This document shows, piece after piece, positions 48,021 through 58,240 of a stretch of DNA of 64,000 nt. How positions within the stretch are numbered: the stretch's first letter is position 1; each line of letters starts with the position of its first letter. The DNA is from Kiritimatiellia bacterium (GTDB taxonomy: Bacteria > Verrucomicrobiota > Kiritimatiellia > JAAZAB01): positions 32,001-96,000 of the forward strand of contig JAXGPF010000009.1 of the NCBI GenBank assembly GCA_040767085.1. Direction: 5' to 3'. Made by a program: the position numbers and the translations under genes. The notes under the pieces are model-generated. The model saw only the letters and a list, made by a program, of their open reading frames with translations, searched no databases and was not told the origin of the DNA.

Positions 48021-49361
48021 TTACAGTTTAACTTTCAATACTTCCCAGCTTTTCGCCGGCCGGTAGCCGGTAATTATACTGTCCGCGAATCCATCGGCAT
48101 TAACCGTTATTTTATACGTATATTCAATTATATCAGGTTGGTTTTCGTTGTCGGTCGCCCGCCGGACGAATTCCTTCAACAACAATGCGCCATTTTCGCC
48201 TTTGCCCGGCGTCCGCCCGCCGGCATCCGTCCGCAATCGCGGCGGCGCGGCGGCCGCCAGGTCTTTCTGTTCATTTTCAACACTGACAACCGCGTTGGCG
48301 ATCGGCCGGTCTTGCGCATCAACCACCGCCACGACAATATGCCGATATGAAATCACATGCGGATATTGACGCTTGCCGGTGCGCGGATTATCCCACGCCT
48401 GGATAATATCGCCCGCAGCCGGCGCGGTCCATTGGCAGTCGATCAGGGTCAAACCGCGATTGGAATGGGTTAAAACCCAGTTATGGCGGTTGTTTTCAAA
48501 GACGCAATCCGTCATGGTCAGCACAATCGAACCGCCGTCGCGCACCGCCGAATGCAGGTTGCGGAAGACGCAGCCGAGGATCGGGTTGACGCACCAGGCG
48601 TTATACACTCCCGCCTGGCCATGCTCGAAGGTCGTATGCTCCACCCGGGCCGACTTATCCAGACTTGCGAGGTAATAGCCTTCAGCCCAGGCCAGGCGCG
48701 AGTTGACCAGGACGGGGCTGGCGCCCAGGCGCACTCCAGGCGTGCCGGGCCCGCGCCGGCCGGATATGATGCCCAAAGCGCCTTCCGGAGCCTGGTGCAA
48801 GGCGGAGATCAAGCTGTGATAGGCGTGGATTTCGGCGCCGGGGCCCGTCAGCGCAGCGCCGGTATCTGTGTTGGGCACAAAACCAACGTATAAAGTATGG
48901 GCGGCGTTGGTGGAGCTTTCGATCAGCAGCGTACCGGCCGCGCCCGGATCGTCGGGCCGCCCCAGCGTCAAACGGCTGCGCCCGGCCGGCGTTGCCCGCG
49001 GCGGCAGTTCGCGGTTGATCCCGGGGACATGACAGGGATAAACGATGACATTGCCGCGCACCGTCAGCGTGCAGGATGTGCCTGCGGCGCCGGCGATATC
49101 AAAGCATGTCTCGCTTCCGTCATTCCAACCGATCACCAGGTGCGCGTCCAGGACATAACGCCGCTGCGCTTCGTCAAACTGGACCACATCCCACCCATAC
49201 AGCCGGTCCAGTTGCGCCAGCAGCGCCGGCGTGGCGGGCGCGGCGGCGGGATATCCCATCACGTAAAGGGAGCGCGTGGATTCGTCGTAGGCGACCAACC
49301 CCGCCGAGGCGGTCATGCATCCCAACAAAAACCAAAACGCAATTTTAATCCATGCCTTCAT
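48021..49361 (-). CDS. Secreted hypothetical protein, probable beta-helix region plus C-terminal carboxypeptidase-regulatory/Ig-like domain
   Basis: Signal peptide MKAWIKIAFW…ASA; GC.FRN, DC.FENN repeats; V.VVD…PI.NA.V…TD..G…Y.ITV.A.GF. Confidence 0.6.
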   Translation of the reverse strand: MKAWIKIAFWFLLGCMTASAGLVAYDESTRSLYVMGYPAAAPATPALLAQLDRLYGWDVVQFDEAQRRYVLDAHLVIGWNDGSETCFDIAGAAGTSCTLTVRGNVIVYPCHVPGINRELPPRATPAGRSRLTLGRPDDPGAAGTLLIESSTNAAHTLYVGFVPNTDTGAALTGPGAEIHAYHSLISALHQAPEGALGIISGRRGPGTPGVRLGASPVLVNSRLAWAEGYYLASLDKSARVEHTTFEHGQAGVYNAWCVNPILGCVFRNLHSAVRDGGSIVLTMTDCVFENNRHNWVLTHSNRGLTLIDCQWTAPAAGDIIQAWDNPRTGKRQYPHVISYRHIVVAVVDAQDRPIANAVVSVENEQKDLAAAAPPRLRTDAGGRTPGKGENGALLLKEFVRRATDNENQPDIIEYTYKITVNADGFADSIITGYRPAKSWEVLKVKL

Positions 49362-49409
49362 TTTTCTTTTCTTTCCGGACACGCATGCCGGCGCCGTTAC
49401 GCGCGATTT

Positions 49410-50864
49410 TCAGCGCAGTTGCAACAAAAATCCCGAATGCAGATCCTCGTAGGCGCCGATATCTACCCGGCGAAAAAAGCCGTCTATCCTGCCCGACCCA
49501 TCCAGGTCTGCCGCACCGGCCATCCAAGCCTCGTTCGTGCCGGAATTCAGGCAGGGCGATCCTGAAGCCAACCGGCAATCGCCAAGGTCCATGTTCTTCA
49601 GTTGCGGATGATTGGTAACCAATCCGGCGGCGAAGGCAAGGTTGCTGTTAATGCAGCAATACTCAAAAGTATTGCTGGAAGAAACATCGTCATACACGGC
49701 ATAAATATCGTCGCCGGCTTTACTGGCGCTGTTTGAATATATAATCGTATTTACAAAGATATTGTTGGTGCCGGAGTGCAAACGCAGACCGCCCCCCTGG
49801 CCGGCCGCGCTGTTGCTGACGATGGTGCTGGAGTAAACAAGCACCCGGCTGTCCGGCCTGGACTCAATGCCGCCGCCGCCCAAACCGCTGGATGTAGCGC
49901 GGTTGCCAAACAACAGGCAATTGCGCATGGTTATTGTCGCAGTTCCCCCCAAGTCTATTGCTGCGCCGCGTCCAGCGGAATTGCCGATAAACCGGCAATA
50001 TTCAAATACCGACGACCCGCTGGTCCCAACCGCGCCGCCGACGCCTGCCGATGTGTTGCTGATCAAAGTGCAATGGTACAGTTGGAGATTCTTTCCGTTA
50101 ATACCGCCATGCCTCTGATTGCCGTCATTATACGAAATATTGCAATTGGAAAATACGCCGCCGGCGCTGGAAACATTAATCCCGCCGATCACGCATCCGC
50201 CCGTCTGCCGGTTATTGACGATAAACGATTCGTTTATCCGGGCGGTGCCGGGCATCTGCACCCCGCCGGCCTGCGACGTGTCAGTAAATTTGAAAGGCGA
50301 CTCTGTTCCCGGCACCCGTGAATTGATGTTGTTGCTGACCACCGAATGCGTTATCAGCGCGGCATTCAGCATATACACGCCCCCGGCGCCAGTGTTGGTG
50401 TTTTCGCAATCGGTGATCAAGCAGTTGGTAATCATTCCATTCTGCAAATACACCCCGCCGGCGGAATTAAGTTCAATCGCATAGCCGTTTCTGACCCAGA
50501 CCCGTTGGAGGGAAGCGCCGGTATTGTTCATGAAAACACAGGTGTTGGTGACATCCGGCCCGCCGCCATCAATTACCGTGTTCGTGGGAGCAGGACCATA
50601 TCCGCGCAGGACCACGGCATTGGTTATGCAGACGAAAGCATTGCTGTCATACGCGCCCGTGGAGTAATACACATCATTTGAAAGCTGGACGACATCGCCG
50701 TTAGTCGCGATATTCAGCGCCTCCTGGATATTCGTTGCCGCGGCCGGCCAACTCGTGTACGGTTCAGCATGGGTGCCGGACAATGATACATAAACCGTCC
50801 GCTGCGCAGGCGCATGCAACGCCAGCAAAAAGAAAACGATCAACCATCTTGCCGGATTTTTCAC
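49410..50864 (-). CDS. Secreted parallel beta-helix protein with choice-of-anchor-Q-like C-terminus
   Basis: Signal peptide, PY.SW..AATNIQ.A, repeated GGG.Y / NC.I..N, L..GSPC.N.G, DLDG..R…VDIGAYE; GGAGG RBS. Confidence 0.8.
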   Translation of the reverse strand: MKNPARWLIVFFLLALHAPAQRTVYVSLSGTHAEPYTSWPAAATNIQEALNIATNGDVVQLSNDVYYSTGAYDSNAFVCITNAVVLRGYGPAPTNTVIDGGGPDVTNTCVFMNNTGASLQRVWVRNGYAIELNSAGGVYLQNGMITNCLITDCENTNTGAGGVYMLNAALITHSVVSNNINSRVPGTESPFKFTDTSQAGGVQMPGTARINESFIVNNRQTGGCVIGGINVSSAGGVFSNCNISYNDGNQRHGGINGKNLQLYHCTLISNTSAGVGGAVGTSGSSVFEYCRFIGNSAGRGAAIDLGGTATITMRNCLLFGNRATSSGLGGGGIESRPDSRVLVYSSTIVSNSAAGQGGGLRLHSGTNNIFVNTIIYSNSASKAGDDIYAVYDDVSSSNTFEYCCINSNLAFAAGLVTNHPQLKNMDLGDCRLASGSPCLNSGTNEAWMAGAADLDGSGRIDGFFRRVDIGAYEDLHSGFLLQLR

Positions 50865-50962
50865 AATGCCTCCCTTATTTGTGATTGCGATATTGTTAGG
50901 GCGGCCAGTCCCGCCAGCGCGGCCCGCGCCTTGGCCGCCCCCGGAACGGCTCGCCCGGCTTG

Positions 50963-50988
50963 CCCTGCATAGCTTCAGCGACGCAGGG
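50963..50988. repeat. REP-like hairpin
   Basis: CCCTGC-ATAGCTTCAGCGAC-GCAGGG; related motif GGCTTTGCCAAGGCTACGCCCGGC near 25984. Confidence 0.4.
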
Positions 50989-51028
50989 TGGTCTCGCCTT
51001 TCGGCTCAACGAATTCAATTATTGAAAA

Positions 51029-52957
51029 CTACGGTTCATACTCGGTGGGCTCCGCCCCTCTTTCAAACTGAATCGCATCCACCCAGACCGTCGCCGGGGG
51101 CTGCCCGCCCTGCACCACTACGGCCAGCGAATGCCAGTCCGGCAACCCCGGAGGCAGCACGCCTTTCTCCCAGTACCGCTCCCACTTGGTGGTCAGGATG
51201 AACTCCTTGGCGCCGAATGTCGCCTTGGGCACCCGCCAGCCGAACCCCCGGAACCGCGCCTTGACGCCGTCGCGGTCGGCGCGCAGCCAGGCCGACAACA
51301 CGTATTCGGTCGGTTCTTTGACTTTCGGCGAGCAGGCGCCGTAAATCATAATCGGGGCGCCGCGCATCCACCAGCAGTTTTTTCCCTCGTAGGGCTGCTG
51401 CGTGTCAATCCCGCGATTGGAATTTTCGGCTTTGACGCCCAGCCGCGGGCCCCCAGGCAGCAGGTAATAATCCGGCCAGTCGGGCAATGACACCTCCTCG
51501 AATCCGGGGTTGCGCATAATATTCCTTTTGCCGGGCCGGCCGCTGTCAGGCATGGCCGGCGCGGCATAGGCCGGGTCGGCCTGGTCCGGGTGGGACCTCA
51601 TTCCCACGGTGATCGCCACCGGTAAGTTGGCCGGCGCCGGCGCGGCAATCAAATAGGCACGGGTGTCCATGCATTCCAGACGATCATGAAAGGCGCCGTT
51701 GCTGACTTTATGAATTTCCGGTCCGAACAGGCGTTTAACTTCGCCGCCCTTACCCAGCAAATCAAGCCTGAAGGTTGTATCAACCGGATAATACCGGGCA
51801 TTGGCCGCCAGCAAGACATACCCGCCGTCCGGATTGTGGCGGAGTGACACCTGCACATCGGGGAATTGGTCGTTTTGCGGATCAAATCCGCCGGGTGTAT
51901 ATGTAATTGTTTGCGGGATCTCGGGCGTAACGGCAATCGGTCCAATCGTCTGCATTTCCCGGGCCAGATCCTTATGGGTCTCCTCGGTAACCTGCTCGAT
52001 AAACGGCCAGCGGAAATAAATGAGCGCCTTGGCGCCGTGGATCACGGCCAGGTATGTCTGGCAAAACTGCTCCTTGCGCAGGATCGCCCGCTTCCGGACG
52101 CCGCTCCAGTATTCGGCCATGGGAATCACCGACACCACCTGCCCCCGTTCCGCCGCGCGTTTGTTCAGAAGCCAGGTGTATTTTGTAACCTTGTTGACAG
52201 TGCCGCGGAGGCCCTCGTTGCCGGGCGTCCAGTATATGTCGGCGCCCAGGCAGTCGGTCCAGTCAACGTATTCGTCGCCGGGTGGGATGCTGGAGGAATA
52301 AATGACGAAGGCAGGATGATTGGGGTCAAGCTCGCGCGCCAGATGATAAAGCGGACGGCCATAGACGGAACTGAATTTTATCGGCTCATCGAAAAGATTA
52401 TACCCGAGCAGCGCCGGCCGGCCGGAAACCAGCCGGATCGTTTCCTCGTAGCGCGCGCGATTCCCATCGAAATAAAGCCGGAACAATTTTTCTTTCTGCT
52501 CATCCGTGAATAATTTGGCGCCCTCCCCGAACATCAGGCCGCTATTGGCTTTTTTCGGACTGGGATTTTTAAGTATTTTTTTGGCCAAGGCCGCCTGCTC
52601 ATCGTTCAGGCCCAAGCCGTCGGCATTCAAGTCAATTCCCTGCGAATAACCGCCCAGTTCCAGAATCACTTTGACACCGTGTTGTTCGGCGGCCTCGAGG
52701 CATGTTTTGGCCTGGTCCGGCGGTTGCCGCCACGCCCAGGTGTGGACGGTATTGAAGCCCATGTCCGCGGCGGCGGCAATGTCGCCCGTGCTGCCGTGCA
52801 TGATGATGCCGTAAGGGAAAAACGGCGCGCCATTCCTTAAAATCACCCGGTTGGTCCGATCAAGCTCCCATTTGATTCCAGCTTCAGCATACCCGGTGGA
52901 GGTCAACCCGCATGCAAAGAAGATGCCGGCCAGGCTGATGATATTGCGATATTGCAT
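51029..52957 (-). CDS. Secreted putative clan-A glycoside hydrolase + CBM4-like (paralog B, lacking the N-terminal CBM9/Ig part)
   Basis: Signal peptide then directly WELDR…NGAPFFPYG; FDEP, DIYW, MAEYWSG, YLAVIHGAK, NPGFE, WVDAIQFE. Confidence 0.75.
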   Translation of the reverse strand: MQYRNIISLAGIFFACGLTSTGYAEAGIKWELDRTNRVILRNGAPFFPYGIIMHGSTGDIAAAADMGFNTVHTWAWRQPPDQAKTCLEAAEQHGVKVILELGGYSQGIDLNADGLGLNDEQAALAKKILKNPSPKKANSGLMFGEGAKLFTDEQKEKLFRLYFDGNRARYEETIRLVSGRPALLGYNLFDEPIKFSSVYGRPLYHLARELDPNHPAFVIYSSSIPPGDEYVDWTDCLGADIYWTPGNEGLRGTVNKVTKYTWLLNKRAAERGQVVSVIPMAEYWSGVRKRAILRKEQFCQTYLAVIHGAKALIYFRWPFIEQVTEETHKDLAREMQTIGPIAVTPEIPQTITYTPGGFDPQNDQFPDVQVSLRHNPDGGYVLLAANARYYPVDTTFRLDLLGKGGEVKRLFGPEIHKVSNGAFHDRLECMDTRAYLIAAPAPANLPVAITVGMRSHPDQADPAYAAPAMPDSGRPGKRNIMRNPGFEEVSLPDWPDYYLLPGGPRLGVKAENSNRGIDTQQPYEGKNCWWMRGAPIMIYGACSPKVKEPTEYVLSAWLRADRDGVKARFRGFGWRVPKATFGAKEFILTTKWERYWEKGVLPPGLPDWHSLAVVVQGGQPPATVWVDAIQFERGAEPTEYEP

Positions 52958-52970
52958 GCTGACGGTCCTT

Positions 52971-54986
52971 TCACCTGGTGATTAAATAATAAATTGAAGG
53001 ATGCACTTCGCCGATCTTGAATTTTAACTTACCGTCCGCCACTTCGCCTGGCACCAGGCCGGTATAGGCGCCGTCCTGGTCCACGCTCCAGATTTTCAAA
53101 TGCTCATGGCAGGTTTTCATCTCAAAGGCTGCCTGGATGATTTCAAATATCACCGGCGTATGCCCCATGGCATATCGCGCGGTATGGGCATCGTTATACT
53201 CGGCCCCGGTATTGTCGGCACGGCCAACGGCGGTGACCAGGATTTGCGTTGATTCGGCCAGCGGCTGGTTTGAAAGCGAGGTGAAAGCCACCGTGGCAAA
53301 ATCGGTTTTAATTTTGCACGACATCCCCGTCAGCTCCACTGGATTGGCCGAATTAAAAAATCCGTAAACCACCTTGCTCATGGGCGTATCAATCCAGCCG
53401 TATTTGTCATGCCATGACCGGAACATCTCGCCGGTGTCGGAAGTCACGGCATCGGCAGCGGCGGCGGCCGGGCCGGTCTCGTCCGGGCCGATACGGGCGC
53501 CGGCGCGGCCGGGCAGGCCGGGCAGGCCTGGCAGCTCAATTTCCAGACGGTGCTTCTCGCAGTTCAGCGTAGCGGGAATATTCGGCTGGTTATGATTGGC
53601 CATGCCGTGCACCGGATTAAAAATGTCGGCATCCTTGAGCGCGATGCCGAGGGTTTCACGCGCCGGCGCCACGTCATGCCGGCGGAACATGACGGCGGCG
53701 GCGTAAAACATCCCGAACTTGGCCGGATCCATGAAAGTTTCGAAGTTACGCCGGTACTTGACCCCGCCGAGTATTGTCCCGCCCATGGCGTTGGCCGGCA
53801 AACTGCGGTACCGGTAAGTATGGAGCGCCGCTCCCGCCCATTCCTGGAAATCCGCCATGGCCGCCACCAGCAAGGCGCTCATCGAACGCCACTCATGCGG
53901 CCAGACCATGTCCCATTCGGTGATGAAAAGCGGCTGGTGGGCCGTGCGGATTTTCGCCGGCACCATGCCGAGCGCCTGCCGGCGTTCGGCTACCAGCGGC
54001 CGGTTATGGCCGGTATCGCCCCACAAATCCCAGTAAACGTTGGAAGAAGTGAAATCCATATCCTCCAGCGCCGATACCAGCGTCAAACCCCGGCTCCAGG
54101 AATCCCCGGCAATCGGCGCCTTCACACCGATGGAACGCAGAAAAACATACATTTCCTTCAGGTAATGTTTCTGCAGGGCATGGTAAAAACGCAAAATTTC
54201 CGGGGATGGCAGTTCCTTGCGAAAATCAAACGCGATCCGATCCGGCAGGGGCGACCCGCGGGCCGCCGCCCAGGCGCGGTATTGTTGTTCCAGGCGCGAC
54301 CGGTAGGGCTCGATCAGCACCGGGAACGGCGCATTGAACATGTCGTTTTCGTTGGTGATCAGAACCATGGCCATGGCGGGATCGTCCACGTAAGCCAGGC
54401 CGGTGTAGGAATTGACATGCGTCAACAGATCGCGCGCATACTGCTGCTGCAGTTCAATCAATTTGGGGTCGAAGATGGAATAAGGCTTGGCGCCGTTGGG
54501 CGGCAGTTCCGCGGGGTTGTCCACGCCGTCGCCGGGCTTGAAGGTGCGGTAGATCAGCAAGTCCATGTAAATATAGATGCCATTTTGCTTCAGGCAATGG
54601 ACCAGGTAATCGAAACGATCCATGCTTACGGGGTCAAACGCCAGTGTGTCGCAAAGCTCACGGCCTTTGGAAAATTGAAATATATTGGGCGCGGCCCATT
54701 CCGCGTCAAACTGGTGGAGGCGCACGATATTCACGCCGAATTTCGCCAGGCGCCGGGCGGTTTTCTCCGCCACGTCATGCGGCGGGAAGCAGGCGGCCGA
54801 GTTGATCAGCGTCCCCCAGAACCGGCCCGGCGCGCCGTCGGCGAAAACGAATCGGCCGCCCTCCGCCCGCAGGAACCCGTGTTTGCCCGCCGGGACTTCA
54901 TCCGCGAACATCCAGGAAATGTCCAGCGGCGCATCGTCCCAGTGCATCGTAAATTCCGCGTATCCCGGCTTCATGTAATTACTCAT
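52971..54986 (-). CDS. GH5-like (clan GH-A) glycoside hydrolase, probably cytoplasmic
   Basis: PAGKHG, RFWG, G.N.VRLH, GIY..MDL, H.N.YTG..Y.DDPA, acid/base NEN, nucleophile ITEW; no signal peptide. Confidence 0.8.
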   Translation of the reverse strand: MSNYMKPGYAEFTMHWDDAPLDISWMFADEVPAGKHGFLRAEGGRFVFADGAPGRFWGTLINSAACFPPHDVAEKTARRLAKFGVNIVRLHQFDAEWAAPNIFQFSKGRELCDTLAFDPVSMDRFDYLVHCLKQNGIYIYMDLLIYRTFKPGDGVDNPAELPPNGAKPYSIFDPKLIELQQQYARDLLTHVNSYTGLAYVDDPAMAMVLITNENDMFNAPFPVLIEPYRSRLEQQYRAWAAARGSPLPDRIAFDFRKELPSPEILRFYHALQKHYLKEMYVFLRSIGVKAPIAGDSWSRGLTLVSALEDMDFTSSNVYWDLWGDTGHNRPLVAERRQALGMVPAKIRTAHQPLFITEWDMVWPHEWRSMSALLVAAMADFQEWAGAALHTYRYRSLPANAMGGTILGGVKYRRNFETFMDPAKFGMFYAAAVMFRRHDVAPARETLGIALKDADIFNPVHGMANHNQPNIPATLNCEKHRLEIELPGLPGLPGRAGARIGPDETGPAAAAADAVTSDTGEMFRSWHDKYGWIDTPMSKVVYGFFNSANPVELTGMSCKIKTDFATVAFTSLSNQPLAESTQILVTAVGRADNTGAEYNDAHTARYAMGHTPVIFEIIQAAFEMKTCHEHLKIWSVDQDGAYTGLVPGEVADGKLKFKIGEVHPSIYYLITR

Positions 54987-57900
54987 GGATCGAATTCCGT
55001 CGGCGCGGCGCCCTTTTCCACCTGCAAGGCGTCCACCCAGACCGTCCCCTGGCCATAAACGCGGATGCCGAACTGGTGGTAACGGTTGATCGAAGGCGCC
55101 AGCACGCCGCTTTGTTCGTAACGCTGCCAGGCGGTTGTCAGAGCAAACTCCGGCATGGCCGCGTCCTCCCCGGGGGCGGCTTCCATCCCGATCAGCCGGG
55201 CGACGACGCCCGTCCGGTCGGCTTTCATGTACGCCGAATAGACGAACCGGGTTGGCTGGGTGGTATTGGGCACCAGGGTAAATGAAAATCCATGCCAGCG
55301 GTTAAAGAAGCGGCGGTCCTCGGTGGACCCGCTCGCCATGCGCAGGCTGGCCGCGCCATGCCAGGCGGTATTGGTGTCCTGCGCAATCAAGGCGCTCTGG
55401 GTGCCGATCAGGTTGAAATCCAACGGATCCCCGGCGGGCGGCGGCGCGCGCGAGTATAACCAGATATAATAATCCGGCCAGGCCGGCAGGCTGGCCGATT
55501 CAAAGGAGGGATTCTGCACAATGTTGCGCCGGCCGGGCCGGCCGCTGTCAGGATAACCGGCCTCCGCGTACAGCGGATCGGCCTGGTCCCGCCAGGGCCG
55601 GGTTTCCACGCCGAGTCGGATGGGCGCATCTGCTTCGGCCGGCGCGTCGGCGATGACATACGCCCGCGTGCCCAAACATTCCAGGCGGTCGGCAAACACG
55701 TTGTTGGAAACCGCGCAACTGGCGTCGGCAAACAAGCGCGACACCGGCTGGCGCACTTCCAAGCCGGCGAGTTTGAAAGTCGCATCCACGGGATACGGCC
55801 GGCTGTTGGCGGCCAACAGCGTCAGACCGCCGGCCGGCCGGCGCAGCAGCACAACCTGCACATCGGGAAACTTGTCGTTTTCCGGTTCGAAAGCGACGGG
55901 TGTATATGCAATTTCCTGCGGCAGGGCCGGCGCGGTGATGCTGGGGGCCAGTTCCTGCATTTGCCGCCCCAACTCGCGGTGGGCATCCACGGAAGCCTGG
56001 TGATACAGCGGCCAGCGGAAATACTGAAAGCCCCGGGCGCCGTGGATCACCGCCAGGTAAGCCTGGCAGACAAGCTCACGGGGCAGCAGGACGCGCTTGC
56101 GGACGCCGCTGTACAATTCGGCCATGGGCGTGACAAACAGCGCCTTGCCTTCGGCGCGCGCCCGCCGGGCGGCGATCCAGGTGCATTTCGAGACCCAGTT
56201 GACCGTGCCGCGCAGACCGCGGATGGCATCGCCGCCCGGCGTCCAGTAAGGGTCAATCCCGATGATATCCGCCCAATCCGTCATCTCCGGCGGAAAGCCG
56301 CTGATATCGGAGCCGTAAATCACCCAGACGGGGCGATACCCGTCCATCTCGCGCACCATGCGGTGCAGAATCCGGCCGGCCGCCACCTGCTTGAAGGTAG
56401 GCTCATCCAGGCTGCTGCAGGCCAGCCAGCGGGGGCTCTCCTTCATCACGCGCAAGCCGGCGGCAATCTTCTCGGATTGCTCCTGAAATAATTCGGTGAA
56501 GTTTTCCCGGCCCTTCAGATGCGTCAGGCTGGCGGCGGCAAAGTTGCCCGGATTTTCCACCGCCAGGAGCCCATGCCTGGCGGCCGTATCATGAAACACC
56601 AGCGCCTGTTCCGGCGGCGTGCGCACCCAGCGCGCCGCCGCATTGAATCCCAACGCAGACACCATCTCGAAAGGCGCCTCGTTATCGCCGTGGATGCCGT
56701 ACATGATCATGCCATACGGGAGGAACGGGACGCCATCGCGCAGGACCACGCCTTCAAAACGGTCAACCTTGAACTCATACCCCGGCTTGGGCGCACGCTT
56801 GTACAGGTCGAATTCCCGGCGGATCAACGCCTGGCCGTCCGCGTTGAGCAGCGTGAGCGACCAGCGGTGCTCGCCGGCCGGCACATCCGCCAGGCTGACC
56901 GTCACTTCAGGCGTCGCCGTCAAACGTTCCGCCACGCCCAGGCGTTTGCCGCCGGCATCGCGCACTTCCGCGGACATTTGGCGCAACGCCGCGGCCGGGA
57001 GCGCCACGATGCCGCGCACGCGCGCAGCGCTTTCCGTGGTGTAATAAGAACGGTCGGGAAACACTTCCGACAACAAATTCAAATGCCCGGTATCGGCCAG
57101 GTATTCCACCTGCAGAATTTCGCCGGCGCCGGCCGCCCGCAACTCCAATTCGGCCGTGCGGCTGGCCAGTGTTGCCGCCGGCACGAATAATTCCACCGGG
57201 TACACCGCCGGCCCCTTGACCGTCAACGACGCGGACACCCGCGCCGGATCGGCGCCGAGCGGCCGGTCCACCGCGGTAATCTCCACCGCTTGTTCCACGG
57301 GGGTCAAGGCATGCAGTTCCGCCTGGATCAGGTAGCCATAGGCGCCATTGGTCTGAACATAGTTGCCGGCCGACGCCTGGCGCAACGCGGCCAGGAACGG
57401 CGGGCGGGGCCGGACCGATTCCAGGCCCTGGATATGCGCGAAGCGGAACGGCTCGTGAAACTGGCTGAATACGGGCGACCAGATCAGGGACACCCGTTCG
57501 TAATGCGCAAGTTGCCCCATGGGATCGATCACCGGCACGACCAGGTTGACGCATAGGTTCAGCCGCAGTTTTCCCAGCGACCCATGGGCGGCCAGCACGC
57601 TCAACGGCAGGGCAATTTCAGCCTGCCAGCCGGTATCCGTCACCCGGACCGCCGAGCGCCAGGGCATATCCCACTGGCGATCGGTGTGGTAATCCCCGTT
57701 GTCCTGGCGGGTTTTCTGCTGTTCCGCGCGAACATTGGCGGCGTTTAAAATGTAATGGTAATATAAACGGCCGGCCGTCCCCGGGTCCGCGAAAATTTCG
57801 ATGGAATCATCCTGGTGGACGCTGCCGTCCCGCTCGCGTATCCTGGGTTGGATGGTTGCCGGACGGGGATTCCTGATTTGCACGGCGAGGTACAGCCATT

Positions 57901-58165
57901 GATCATCCCGCGCCAGCCGGAAAGACGCGGCATCGTCGGCGCCGTCCTTGCCGTAAAGGTACAAGCGCTCAATCATCGCCGCTTTTCCCCAGCAGGCATC
58001 GTCCAGCATCCCGTCCAGCGCCGGCGGAACCGCACAAACCGGCACGGATAACTCCGGCGGCGGCGGCAGGTCCGCCGGCGCGGCAAACACCATCCCGCCG
58101 GACAAGGCCAGCGCGACACGCAATACCCGGCGGCAATGAATATATATGCTGGAATGGCTGAACAT
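54983..58165 (-). CDS. Large secreted multidomain protein: CBM9-like + Ig-like + putative clan-A glycoside hydrolase + CBM4-like (paralog C)
   Basis: Collinear with paralog A over its whole length; LDEP, DPYW, MAELYSG, YLAVIHGAR; GAGGGAGG RBS. Confidence 0.75.
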   Translation of the reverse strand: MFSHSSIYIHCRRVLRVALALSGGMVFAAPADLPPPPELSVPVCAVPPALDGMLDDACWGKAAMIERLYLYGKDGADDAASFRLARDDQWLYLAVQIRNPRPATIQPRIRERDGSVHQDDSIEIFADPGTAGRLYYHYILNAANVRAEQQKTRQDNGDYHTDRQWDMPWRSAVRVTDTGWQAEIALPLSVLAAHGSLGKLRLNLCVNLVVPVIDPMGQLAHYERVSLIWSPVFSQFHEPFRFAHIQGLESVRPRPPFLAALRQASAGNYVQTNGAYGYLIQAELHALTPVEQAVEITAVDRPLGADPARVSASLTVKGPAVYPVELFVPAATLASRTAELELRAAGAGEILQVEYLADTGHLNLLSEVFPDRSYYTTESAARVRGIVALPAAALRQMSAEVRDAGGKRLGVAERLTATPEVTVSLADVPAGEHRWSLTLLNADGQALIRREFDLYKRAPKPGYEFKVDRFEGVVLRDGVPFLPYGMIMYGIHGDNEAPFEMVSALGFNAAARWVRTPPEQALVFHDTAARHGLLAVENPGNFAAASLTHLKGRENFTELFQEQSEKIAAGLRVMKESPRWLACSSLDEPTFKQVAAGRILHRMVREMDGYRPVWVIYGSDISGFPPEMTDWADIIGIDPYWTPGGDAIRGLRGTVNWVSKCTWIAARRARAEGKALFVTPMAELYSGVRKRVLLPRELVCQAYLAVIHGARGFQYFRWPLYHQASVDAHRELGRQMQELAPSITAPALPQEIAYTPVAFEPENDKFPDVQVVLLRRPAGGLTLLAANSRPYPVDATFKLAGLEVRQPVSRLFADASCAVSNNVFADRLECLGTRAYVIADAPAEADAPIRLGVETRPWRDQADPLYAEAGYPDSGRPGRRNIVQNPSFESASLPAWPDYYIWLYSRAPPPAGDPLDFNLIGTQSALIAQDTNTAWHGAASLRMASGSTEDRRFFNRWHGFSFTLVPNTTQPTRFVYSAYMKADRTGVVARLIGMEAAPGEDAAMPEFALTTAWQRYEQSGVLAPSINRYHQFGIRVYGQGTVWVDALQVEKGAAPTEFDP

Positions 58166-58240
58166 GGCATCCTCCCTCAAGGCGGCGGTGATAAAATTTT
58201 CGGAACCGTTATGATAGCCCTCCGGCTGGCGCCGGCCAAG

